A stretch of 64,000 nt of DNA, from the NCBI GenBank assembly GCA_963771465.1, contig CAVYTU010000006.1:96001-160000 (forward strand), in the 5' to 3' direction. Positions within the stretch are counted from its first letter, which is position 1. Each line of letters begins with the position of its first letter. The position numbers were made by a program, and so were the translations under genes. This DNA comes from an uncultured delta proteobacterium. Its GTDB lineage: Bacteria > Desulfobacterota > Binatia > UBA9968. The notes beneath the pieces are model-generated. The model did no database searches and was not told the origin of the DNA. It was given only the letters and a program-made list of their open reading frames with translations. Of this stretch, positions 9,617 through 18,205 are shown one piece after another.

Positions 9617-10744
9617 CTAGTCGCCGACAAGTTTTTTGACCCGTTCGATGACTTCCGCAGGCTGATTCATGACTCGTTCGGTAAGCGCCTGGAGTTCATC
9701 ACCCGTGGCGGGTTCGATTTCCAATTTGGCTTGTTTCGCCTCGGCCATGAGCTGCGGATCTTTGAGCGCTCTTGCGTAAGCCTCGCGCAAGATCTTCACC
9801 CGATCCGCTGGAACGCCCGGAGGCGCCGCCATGGGACGGCCGTATTCGTTGCCGGCCAGTATCACCTGCGCGACTCGGCGACTGATATCCGCGGTTTTGT
9901 ATCGATCCATGAGTTCGCCGAGGGTTGGAACCTCGGCCATTCGGGGATCTCTTGTCTGACCGCTCTGCACGAGATGACGATCAAAACCTTTTTTGTGCCA
10001 TGAGACAAACGGCTCACGACTGAAATGGCCGGTGACGAACATGCCGCGGCAAATAACCTCGCCCTTCTCCATCGCCAGATCGATGGCATTGCCACTTTGA
10101 TAACCGACGACTAGATTGAACTTAGCTTTGAGGGTTTCCTCGAGGATTTTTGTCAGCAAGTAAGTTCCGTCAGTGGAGCCGGTGGCGCCGCATTTGGGAG
10201 GCTCGCTCGATTTCATGACATCGTCGAAGGTTTTATAAGGTGCGTCGGCACGGACAAAAAACATCACCTCGGTTTTTTCCATGGTGCCGATCCAGTTGAA
10301 TTTTCTGAGATCGAATTTGACCTCTTCGAGACCGGTCAACTGCTGCATGTAGCGGTGCCCCTGAAACATCCCCACCGTAAGTCCGTCCGCTTTGGTCATG
10401 CCGTAAAGATAATTCGTCGCCGCCAGCCCGCCCGCGCCGGGCATATTCTGCACGATCATATTGGGATTGCCCGCGATGTGCTTCGGCATATGCTTGGCAA
10501 ATAGCCGCGCCCAGAGGTCATAAAGACCGCCGCTGTCGGTGGCGACGACAATGCGAATCGTCTTTCCCTGGTAAAATGATGGAGCCTGCGCATACGCAAG
10601 TCTGCCAACGGGCTGCCGATTGCCGATGAGCAAAGGACCCACCCAAGCGCTCCATAGCAGCGTCAGCCAAATCACCGCAAGAAATGAAAGTAGTTTTCGC
10701 ATATGCAACTCCGATAACGCATCTTTGTCTTTCGTTGCCAGCAT
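9617..10744 (-). CDS. Tripartite tricarboxylate transporter substrate-binding protein (Bug/TctC)
   Basis: FYQGKTIRIVV..GGLYD..AR..KHIAGNP..VQNMPGAGG and APPGVP; the true start may be the downstream Met (MRKLL). Confidence 0.85.
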   Translation of the reverse strand: MLATKDKDALSELHMRKLLSFLAVIWLTLLWSAWVGPLLIGNRQPVGRLAYAQAPSFYQGKTIRIVVATDSGGLYDLWARLFAKHMPKHIAGNPNMIVQNMPGAGGLAATNYLYGMTKADGLTVGMFQGHRYMQQLTGLEEVKFDLRKFNWIGTMEKTEVMFFVRADAPYKTFDDVMKSSEPPKCGATGSTDGTYLLTKILEETLKAKFNLVVGYQSGNAIDLAMEKGEVICRGMFVTGHFSREPFVSWHKKGFDRHLVQSGQTRDPRMAEVPTLGELMDRYKTADISRRVAQVILAGNEYGRPMAAPPGVPADRVKILREAYARALKDPQLMAEAKQAKLEIEPATGDELQALTERVMNQPAEVIERVKKLVGD

Positions 10745-10852
10745 CGCTAGATGATCGCGGAGCGCGCGCCGACTAGCGAATAGATTCCCTAGGTAAAGAT
10801 TTAGTACCTGAACCCTGCCGCAAAAACCAGCAACTTCCGGCGCAGATCTAGA

Positions 10853-10924
10853 GGATTTTAGGGATAACGGATAAATGATGGAAATTTAGGATTACTTTTA
10901 TTCCTTATCCTTTCGCCTTTAGCC
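10853..10924 (+). repeat. Dispersed repeat core shared with 50178-50247
   Basis: gggataacggataaa...aaatttaggattactttttat..cttatcctttcgccttta occurs at both sites. Confidence 0.8.
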
Positions 10925-10938
10925 GGTTTCGCAGCGTG

Positions 10939-12249
10939 CTAGTTGATCGGCTGCTGCCCAATGCGCTTGGCTAACTCGGCGGGCGAGGCCATGGCCAGGG
11001 ACAGCGGCACCATGAAAGCGCTGATGGCGATGAGTCCCCAGATGGCTGCGGAATAGTTCCCGTGTAGGTCGAAGATCAAGCCCATGACCAAGGGTCCGAT
11101 GACCCCCGTCGCAATGGGGCCTCCCTGCAGCAGGCCCAAGATTCCGCCGATGGTCCGGGTGCCGAACATGATGCTGCCGACGGCGCCGCGCATGGGAACA
11201 AGGCAGCCGAAGCTGACGCCGAACATCAGCGCAAAGGGCAACGTGGCCCAGATCGTTTTGACGGCCACGAGCTGAAGGTACAACAGGCCAATGCCCATCA
11301 TCGCGGCGACGACTGCCAGGACGAGGCGATAGTCCATTCTGTCCAGCAGATAACCGCCGCCGATGCGTCCGATACCGCTGAGGATAAAGACAAAGGACAT
11401 GACCACGGCCGCCGCGGTCGCGCTCAGTCCGATGTCTTGCTGGAAGTAGGGGATCATGTGGCCCTGGACCGCGGAGTTTACCGCGAAGGTACCGGACAAG
11501 TAGCTCGTAAATAGCCAGAACTCCTTGGTGCGGAACACCGCGCGGAGCGTCAGTCCGGCATCCATTCGGCGGCGCAATGGGCCGGTAAAGTTTTCCATGG
11601 ACGCGCTCTCTTCCGGCGCGTCGCCATCGGGCCGCAAACCGTAGGGCTCCGGCCGGTCGCGCACCAGCATGCTGAGCAGCGTGACACCGACCAAGATCAA
11701 GGCGCCGTAGCCGAACAGGACGACGCGCCAGCCGTAGGCCGCCTCGATCTGCGTGTTCAGTATGACGAGAGGCGAGCCGAAGATGGGACCCGTTACCGCA
11801 AGCCCAGTGGCCAGCCCACGGTTGCGACGAAACCAGCGCGAGATGATCACTGGCCAGGTCACCGCGTGGCTGACGCCGGATGCTCCCAGGGAAATGACCA
11901 CGAAGAAGAGAAAAAAAGTGACGACGCCGGTGGTGAAGCCGAGGCCGATGAAACCGGTGCCCGAGATGACCGCGCTCCAGAAAATCAACCTACGCGCGCT
12001 GAAGCGGTCCAGCAAAAAGCCGACAGCGGGACTGACAATGCCGGACTCCAACTGGCGCAGCGACAGGGCGGCTGAAATAACCCAGCGGTCCCAGCCGAAA
12101 GCGCGTTCGATTGGGAGAATGAGAACGCCGAAGCCCTGGAAATAGGCGGCGGAGAAGATCGTGTTGGTCAATACACTCGCGGCGACCATATACCAGCCGA
12201 AAAAAAATCGCCGCTTGCCTGATTTCTCGTTGGCATGGATGTCGATCAT
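10939..12249 (-). CDS. MFS transporter
   Basis: About 12 TM segments; GFLLDRFSAR, WFRRNRGLATG and GGYLLDR motifs. Confidence 0.9.
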   Translation of the reverse strand: MIDIHANEKSGKRRFFFGWYMVAASVLTNTIFSAAYFQGFGVLILPIERAFGWDRWVISAALSLRQLESGIVSPAVGFLLDRFSARRLIFWSAVISGTGFIGLGFTTGVVTFFLFFVVISLGASGVSHAVTWPVIISRWFRRNRGLATGLAVTGPIFGSPLVILNTQIEAAYGWRVVLFGYGALILVGVTLLSMLVRDRPEPYGLRPDGDAPEESASMENFTGPLRRRMDAGLTLRAVFRTKEFWLFTSYLSGTFAVNSAVQGHMIPYFQQDIGLSATAAAVVMSFVFILSGIGRIGGGYLLDRMDYRLVLAVVAAMMGIGLLYLQLVAVKTIWATLPFALMFGVSFGCLVPMRGAVGSIMFGTRTIGGILGLLQGGPIATGVIGPLVMGLIFDLHGNYSAAIWGLIAISAFMVPLSLAMASPAELAKRIGQQPIN

Positions 12250-12338
12250 TCTCGGCTTCCTACGCGGCTACGCTCGGGCATATTCATGGTAGTCATCGCG
12301 TTGAGCACTGGGAACGGGCTTGCGGCAAAACGCTTTCA

Positions 12339-12374
12339 GCGAAGCGGTTGAACGTTTGGAACGATTGGAACGGT
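12339..12374 (-). repeat. GTTCAA/GTTCCA-rich dispersed repeat, degenerate copy
   Basis: gcgaagcggttgaacgtttggaacgattggaacgg has the same 9-bp periodic unit as 13470-13495. Confidence 0.55.
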
Positions 12375-12752
12375 TCCCTTCCGAATTTTTATCTCGGAAT
12401 CTTCCTAAAATATGGCTGTTTCACGATCTTAGCAAATACACGGGGTATTTCGCCTGCGGTGTATTGCGCCGTGGGGAATTTTCAGCACGGCCTCGCGATT
12501 CACTGCCTCAGACTTGGGACACGGCGATGGGAAATTGCCGACAAACTTTCCAATAATCCTCCAACGGATTAGTCCCTCCACGCTGCTCGCTCCGTGATTT
12601 CTAATAGATTTCGGAGGGATTTCGATGTTGGTACAAGGCTTGCCTGCGAGTACCAGTACCACGTCCGGAGTCGGGTATGTGAAACGTGACCCGTTACTCA
12701 TGGCGGTGCCATTTTTTAGGTAGGCGGACGAGGAGTAAAGTGTGGAGGTCTT

Positions 12753-13277
12753 ATGGCAATACGCATTGTGATCACCCTTCTAATCTCCCTTGTTTTTAGC
12801 GGAACCGTCTCGAGCGAAGACAAGGAGACCAAAGACGCCAAGAAAATCGCAGAGAAAGTAAAGCGAAAGGCAGAGCGTTCCGAAAAAGCTGAAGGTAGGC
12901 AAGACTTGGTAAAGGACAAAGTTACTGTCAAACAGGACGATAAAGGCCAGCCGATTGTCGAACAGGTTGGCGAAGCTTCATTTTATGGCCCTGGTTTCCA
13001 TGGGAAGAAAACTGCGACCGGTGAAAAATTCAATCAAAACGATAAGACTGCAGCCCATCCGACGCTGCCGCTGGGAACCAAGGCTACTGTCACGAACCTC
13101 GACAACGGAAATTCCGTCGATGTCAAAATAAACGATCGCGGCCCCTACGTTAAGGGTCGTGATATCGACCTTTCCAAAGGCGCAGCGAAGGAATTGGGCA
13201 TGACCAAGGACGGTGTCGTTCCTGTAAAAATCGAGGCAGAGGTGGTTCCTGCTGAGAAAAGCCAAGAGAAGAAATAG
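12753..13277 (+). CDS. rlpA: RlpA-family septal ring lytic transglycosylase (DPBB domain)
   Basis: GEASFYG..FHGKKTATGE, TAAHPTLPLGT, INDRGPY..GRDIDLS; signal peptide; GGAGG RBS. Confidence 0.88.
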   Translation: MAIRIVITLLISLVFSGTVSSEDKETKDAKKIAEKVKRKAERSEKAEGRQDLVKDKVTVKQDDKGQPIVEQVGEASFYGPGFHGKKTATGEKFNQNDKTAAHPTLPLGTKATVTNLDNGNSVDVKINDRGPYVKGRDIDLSKGAAKELGMTKDGVVPVKIEAEVVPAEKSQEKK

Positions 13278-13377
13278 CGAGAGCGGCGCGAAAGCGAAAT
13301 GGGATCAGTCTGACAAGTCAAACCCGGTCGGGAAGGATACGCGTGGTTGAAATGTGTGATGGGGTGCATTCCTTGCT

Positions 13378-13497
13378 CTTCCCCCGCGACGGGGAAGAAG
13401 AAACAGGCGGGGCTTGAACCGCTCGAACGGCCGCAGTATTGAGGCCGAACGTATTGAACGGAGCGGAGCGATTGAACGGCTTGAACGGTTTGAACAA
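13378..13497 (-). repeat. Intergenic composite repeat: hairpin plus TTGAAC array
   Basis: Hairpin cttcccc-cgcgac-ggggaag followed by five ttgaac units plus gaac variants; lies between convergent genes. Confidence 0.75.
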
Positions 13498-13505
13498 AAC
13501 TTCGG

Positions 13506-13850
13506 TTATTTGCCGTCGTCGATGCTGACGACGATGATGGCGTTGGCGATCAGCCAACCGTCGTCGCCCTTTTCATTGAGCACCTGTAATCCGCCGTGGA
13601 CGACGTTGACGTGCCCGCCGCCGTGCGGCAATGTTTCCAGCACGGCTTGGCGATCCACCGCCTCGGGCTTGGGCACGCCGATGGTGACATCCACGCGCAT
13701 ATCGTCTGCGGTCTTGCCCACTAGCCGCGGAAATCCCAAGCTGCTGTGATGAATCGCATCGAACACCGCCCGCTTGGCGGCATTGGTGTAATCCAATCCG
13801 TGCACATCCACGCCCATGCCCATTTCTGTAACGCATCGTACCAAAGCCAT
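13506..13850 (-). CDS. Lin0512 family protein
   Basis: EMGMGVDVHGLDYTNAAKRAVFDAIHHSSL signature; GGAGG RBS. Confidence 0.88.
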   Translation of the reverse strand: MALVRCVTEMGMGVDVHGLDYTNAAKRAVFDAIHHSSLGFPRLVGKTADDMRVDVTIGVPKPEAVDRQAVLETLPHGGGHVNVVHGGLQVLNEKGDDGWLIANAIIVVSIDDGK

Positions 13851-13906
13851 ATCGGGTCACCTCCAACTGCGAGTTCGAGTCGAATCAATATTTTGTGCTG
13901 ATCAAG

Positions 13907-14626
13907 TCAATTGAGCGGCGGCCAAGACGCCAGCAGCCTGCCATAGCCTTGAATCGAAAACTTATGACCCAAGCGTGACAGGTTGTGCCACAGCATGGCC
14001 GGGTTGCTGGCGATGACAGGTAGCTTCAGCTCGCTTTCGATTCTGCCGATGATGGGCAAGGGATCGAAGGGCGCGCCTTGAAAATAGATCGCATCCGCGC
14101 CTGGCGTCTCACGGACGCTTTTCTCCATGATGCCGAAGATTTTATCCGCGGGCACGTGGGTTCCCGTGCGGGCGCCGAGATATTCGAGGGAAGGGCGGGA
14201 GAGCACGGTCAAGCCGGATTGCTTTAGCCGATCTTGGAGCAGGGCATTTATCTCGTCGTCGAACGGCGTCATGAGAATCAGTCGCTTCAAATTCATAGTA
14301 AGCAGCGCCGCGGTGGCCGCTCGTACAGGGGTCGTCACGGGGATCGTCATCGCCTCGTCAAGTTGCTTCTCGATATTAGGATTGAGAACCGTGAGCGGCG
14401 CGCCGGTGATGATCAAGCCCTCGATCGGGTGAGCCCGCACCATTTCTGCGGCGCGGCGCATGACCCCTTCGGTTCTGGCATCGACAGACGCTTCCGGGCC
14501 AACGCCGACGCTCTCGATGGTAAGTCCGACTTCTGCGGGAACCAAGGCGCGAAACCCCTCGAAATGCGGCCGGTCGCCGCTGCGAGATGTCAGTAGTCCA
14601 ATGTTAACTTTTTTTGCCGCGGCCAT
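13907..14626 (-). CDS. Arylmalonate decarboxylase / maleate isomerase fold protein with no cysteine
   Basis: IPVTT, MTPF..EIN, ADAIYF, IESELKLPVIASNPAMLW, GYGRLL. Confidence 0.8.
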   Translation of the reverse strand: MAAAKKVNIGLLTSRSGDRPHFEGFRALVPAEVGLTIESVGVGPEASVDARTEGVMRRAAEMVRAHPIEGLIITGAPLTVLNPNIEKQLDEAMTIPVTTPVRAATAALLTMNLKRLILMTPFDDEINALLQDRLKQSGLTVLSRPSLEYLGARTGTHVPADKIFGIMEKSVRETPGADAIYFQGAPFDPLPIIGRIESELKLPVIASNPAMLWHNLSRLGHKFSIQGYGRLLASWPPLN

Positions 14627-14721
14627 AATTTAACCTCGCGAAATTTTTCCTGCTTTCACGCTACATTCCATAGTTAACTCGCGATTACAAGAAGTTCGCG
14701 CGCGTCAGCTCGACGAGAAAT
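14555..14721. repeat. Direct repeat copy A (upstream region plus first ~24 codons of the 13907-14626 gene)
   Basis: 29-bp exact core tgctttcacgctacattccatagttaact at 14651-14679 and 15881-15909, with similar flanks. Confidence 0.85.
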
Positions 14722-14870
14722 TGCTGCCGTTCGCCATCGAAGAGTTCGGCGACCAGTGTTGGGATTGGCTCGGACATCCTCCCGCCCGCAGACCGCCTCT
14801 ACCGTGCGGTCGATGTCTTCCTCAAGCGAGACGATTTAAGTGAGGAGAGCGAAAGTTGCTCGATCGTCTA
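14709..14870 (+). pseudogene. Degraded C-terminal remnant of an amidohydrolase_2 family gene
   Basis: Across shifted frames: LDEKLLPFAIEEFGDQC..SDI...DRLYRAVDVFLKRDDLSEES. Confidence 0.5.
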
Positions 14871-14963
14871 GAATTGCAATAGTCTAAGCCAAACGCGTTT
14901 GGATATGTCGAATCAATGCCTGGCCCGATCCGCGCGGATTCGAAGTTCAAGGCGTCGACTCCA

Positions 14964-15857
14964 CTAATACTCATATACCTTTTTCAACTCGGGCACGAAC
15001 ATCATCTCGCCGATGCCCAGGCGATCCAACTCTTTCTTCCCTTCGGCTAGGATAGGCGCGCCGGGACGTAGATGACTCGGGATAATGGTGCGCAGCTTCG
15101 GATTGTTCGTAGTCATCAGGCGCGCGACCTGGGCGAACTCGGGCGGGTCGCCGGCGAGTCCCAGGATCGCCAGGTTGGGCTGGTAGAGCGAGGCATAGAG
15201 CGGCAGGTCGCCGATCAGGGTGGAATGGCCATTGTAGAAGACGGTGAAACCATTCTCGAAAGTTATTAAGAACGAAATGGCAGGACCGCCGTTGGCACCC
15301 GTCGGAAGAGTGTTGTCGTGGGCGCTCGGAGCGATTTTAAACGTAATGCCTTTCAAGACGAATCGATCACCGACTCCAGCCCGTCGGAACTGCTCCTTCT
15401 TGAGTCCTTTTTCGATGAGCCAGTTTCCCAGCGGACCTGGAGTAATGACCGTGGCGCCAGACAACGCGGCGATTTCGATCGGATTTCCCATGTCGTCGTT
15501 GTGCGCGTTCGGCACGAGGATGAAATCAGTGCGAGCCAGGCTGTCCAGCGGCACGGGCCCATCCGGGTTGCCGAGCCAAGGGCTGGTGATCACGACCACG
15601 CCCTTGGGCGAAGTTAGACGGTAGAATTCGTGGCCCAACCATTCAACTTTGACTTTCCCTTGCGCGTCCGCTGGCGTCTGGGCAAAGCCGATTGTCGACT
15701 CGACAAGACCTCCAACAACGAGGATAAGCGTAAGAACAGCGCAAGTAATGAGGCGAATGGATCGAGCGCCGACCATGTGTGTTAAGCCGTCGCAATGGGG
15801 CCGGTCGGCGGTGCGAGATATCGGTAGTCCAATGTGAATCTTTTTTGCGGCGTCCAT
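14964..15857 (-). CDS. MBL-fold metallo-hydrolase (UlaG/UPF0173-like), probably exported, with a chimeric N-terminus
   Basis: VEWLGH, SPW..NP, DFILVPNAHNDDMG, SAH, IIPSH; hydrophobic signal-like stretch. The true start may be the internal Met (MVGAR). Confidence 0.75.
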   Translation of the reverse strand: MDAAKKIHIGLPISRTADRPHCDGLTHMVGARSIRLITCAVLTLILVVGGLVESTIGFAQTPADAQGKVKVEWLGHEFYRLTSPKGVVVITSPWLGNPDGPVPLDSLARTDFILVPNAHNDDMGNPIEIAALSGATVITPGPLGNWLIEKGLKKEQFRRAGVGDRFVLKGITFKIAPSAHDNTLPTGANGGPAISFLITFENGFTVFYNGHSTLIGDLPLYASLYQPNLAILGLAGDPPEFAQVARLMTTNNPKLRTIIPSHLRPGAPILAEGKKELDRLGIGEMMFVPELKKVYEY

Positions 15858-15950
15858 AAGATTCCCTCGCGAATTTTTTGTGCTTTCACGCTACATTCCA
15901 TAGTTAACTGGCGATTTCAAGAAGTCCGGGCGCGGCGCTCGATGAGAAAT
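15786..15950. repeat. Direct repeat copy B
   Basis: See copy A; offset about 1230 bp. Confidence 0.85.
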
Positions 15951-16670
15951 CTATCGGGGTTAATCGACTCTTCGACTAACATTCGGGGTCGGCTAAAATC
16001 AGAGCCCGCATTGAGTGGTCTCTCATCGACCTCGAAGCCGAAATAAATCTTGTCCGTCGCCGGCCGAATCGAGTCCTTGGACGTCAGCGACGCGCGCCAT
16101 GGAGACTATTGGGGTCACTCCGGCAAACCGCCGTGTACGATCGCCGCCGATCGAATCGCCGAGTTCTTCCAGTTCGGTTCATGGGAGCGCACGATCGCCG
16201 CGCGCGGCACGGGCGCCTCCCGGCCGGAAAGCGCCGATAACAGGGAAGCGGGAGAGGCGCGGACGGTTTAGGCGAAATTTCAGACGCTCATAAGTAGCAC
16301 TACAAACTTGTCGTGGTCGAGAACTGCGCGTTTGTCCATCGTGGAAAACGCATCATACTTTGATTAATTAATTTTTGATTCATCGTTTCTTTCAAATTAG
16401 TAAAAGCAAAACATCAAAGCCTGGCACCATGCATTTGGCTCAGGAGAAAAACATGGCGGCGGCAGATCTTTCCCGTGGTTCTGCCAAGTGCTCCAGCGGT
16501 TTTACGGTTGAAATCGAGAGTGAATCAGTTAAAAGAACCGGAGCAGGTGCGTGTTGTCGTGAAAGTGAACCACATTTTCAACGACTTGCTATGGGCATTG
16601 GGACACAGCTTCTACGCCGAGCAGAGATTTTTTCTCTTGGCGAGCGTTGCGGCTAAAAGGGAGGATTGAC

Positions 16671-17819
16671 ATGGTTATCGATAGGAAAATCACCGCGATG
16701 ATCTTTTCCGCCTTGTTTTTTGTCTTATGTTCACGGTTGGCTGCTCCGGACGTCTTTGCGGCGTCAGCGAGTTCCGCCTTGCTAAAAGCCAAGCAGGAAG
16801 CGGAATCGAAGGGCTATGTTTTCTTTACGAGTCGCGATGAGATCATCAGCAGGGCCAAAAAGGAAGCAAAGGTACGCGCCCTGACCGGCGCTGGCTTGGA
16901 GGCGTCCCTGCCGCCGACAACGGAAGCCTTTAAAAAGAAATATCCCTTTATCGATCTCCAGGCCCAATACGTTGGCGGCACAGACGCGTCTCAGCGGTTT
17001 CTGTTGGAAGTCAAAGCCGGTGCAGCCAAAGATTGGGATATCGCGCGGGCAGCAACGGATGCCTACGGGGAATGGCTGCCCCATCTCTGGAAAGTCGACA
17101 TTCTAGGAATGGCCGAGCACGGAGTGTTGGACATTCCTCCTCAGATGATCGACCCAAAGAATCGCAACGTTGTCGCCTTAGCCAGCCGATTTTCAGTCGT
17201 CGTTTACAACAAAAATCTTGTTTCTCCCGGCCAGGTTCCGAAGACTTGGGAGGACATGTTGAAGCCGCAGTACAAGGGAAAAAAGTTTTCCGCCGACATC
17301 CATCCTACAGAAGTCGCCGGGTTGGTGCCTGGATGGGGTTTGGAAAAGACTCTCGACTATGCCCGCAAGATCGCGGCCCAGGAACCGATCTGGTTTCGCG
17401 CCAGCGCAGCCCGCCCCCTCACGGCCCTTGCCGCCGGAGAGATTCCCATTCTCCTTTTCGGCGCTAACTACGGCAGCGCGGTGCGGGCGCAGCGCAAGGA
17501 CCCACTCGGAGTCGTTCAGTTTACGGTTTTGGAGCCTGTTCCAGTGAGAATTACCGTGGAGGAGGCGATTCTGGGGAGCTCGAAGAATCCTCACGCCGCC
17601 CTTTTGTGGTTGGAGTTCATGGCTAGTCCCGAAGCGCAATCACTGATTGACCAACACGAGCCCCTCGTCGCCTCCGTTCATAGGAAGGGTTCTGCTGTAG
17701 AGCAGGCGCTCAAAGGGAAGAAGTTATCCGTCGTCAGTTGGGAGGACCACGAAAGGTCGCAGCAGTGGATCACCAAGCTAGCCCAAGCCTACGGCTTTCC
17801 CACAGCGGAGATAAAATAG
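16671..17819 (+). CDS. ABC transporter extracellular solute-binding protein
   Basis: GGAGG RBS, signal peptide, YNKNLV..PKTWEDMLKP, NPHAALLWLEF. Confidence 0.85.
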   Translation: MVIDRKITAMIFSALFFVLCSRLAAPDVFAASASSALLKAKQEAESKGYVFFTSRDEIISRAKKEAKVRALTGAGLEASLPPTTEAFKKKYPFIDLQAQYVGGTDASQRFLLEVKAGAAKDWDIARAATDAYGEWLPHLWKVDILGMAEHGVLDIPPQMIDPKNRNVVALASRFSVVVYNKNLVSPGQVPKTWEDMLKPQYKGKKFSADIHPTEVAGLVPGWGLEKTLDYARKIAAQEPIWFRASAARPLTALAAGEIPILLFGANYGSAVRAQRKDPLGVVQFTVLEPVPVRITVEEAILGSSKNPHAALLWLEFMASPEAQSLIDQHEPLVASVHRKGSAVEQALKGKKLSVVSWEDHERSQQWITKLAQAYGFPTAEIK

Positions 17820-18205
17820 ACGCGCTGAGCTCTTCGGCCAACCAGCCGCTCGTCCTACGCTTCGCCGGCGAAGACCTTCTCGAGATCGAAATTTCCGGGC
17901 TCGAGCAGGCGCGCAGTTCACTGTGAATGCCGGAATCGCTCTGTTGAAAGCGGGCGGCACTTTGACAACCAGGCGCGCTGTCGACTAATGTCGATGATGG
18001 TCAGGAAGATTCACCGGCGGTGATGGTGATCGAGGATCGAAAATCGAGCATGTTGAAAGGTGGAGGACGTAGGATGGCAAGCTGCGATCTTCCATCGTCG
18101 AACTTAGGCCTGCGGCTTTGCGCGACGATTTTTCGCGCTGCGGCGCTGAGGTCGTTTTGAGCAGCCAGCAAAAATAATTCAGCGACAATCCTCCAAGGAG
18201 GCGCA

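Noticed and set aside
12429-12701. 90-aa minus-strand ORF upstream of rlpA
   Set aside because: No convincing RBS or motif; probably regulatory DNA.
13413-13497. TTGAAC array as a possible CRISPR
   Set aside because: Units are 6-9 bp with no 25-40 bp repeat/spacer pattern, and there are no cas genes.
16050-16271. 73-aa ORF that may be a gene fragment
   Set aside because: No RBS and no family I can recognise.
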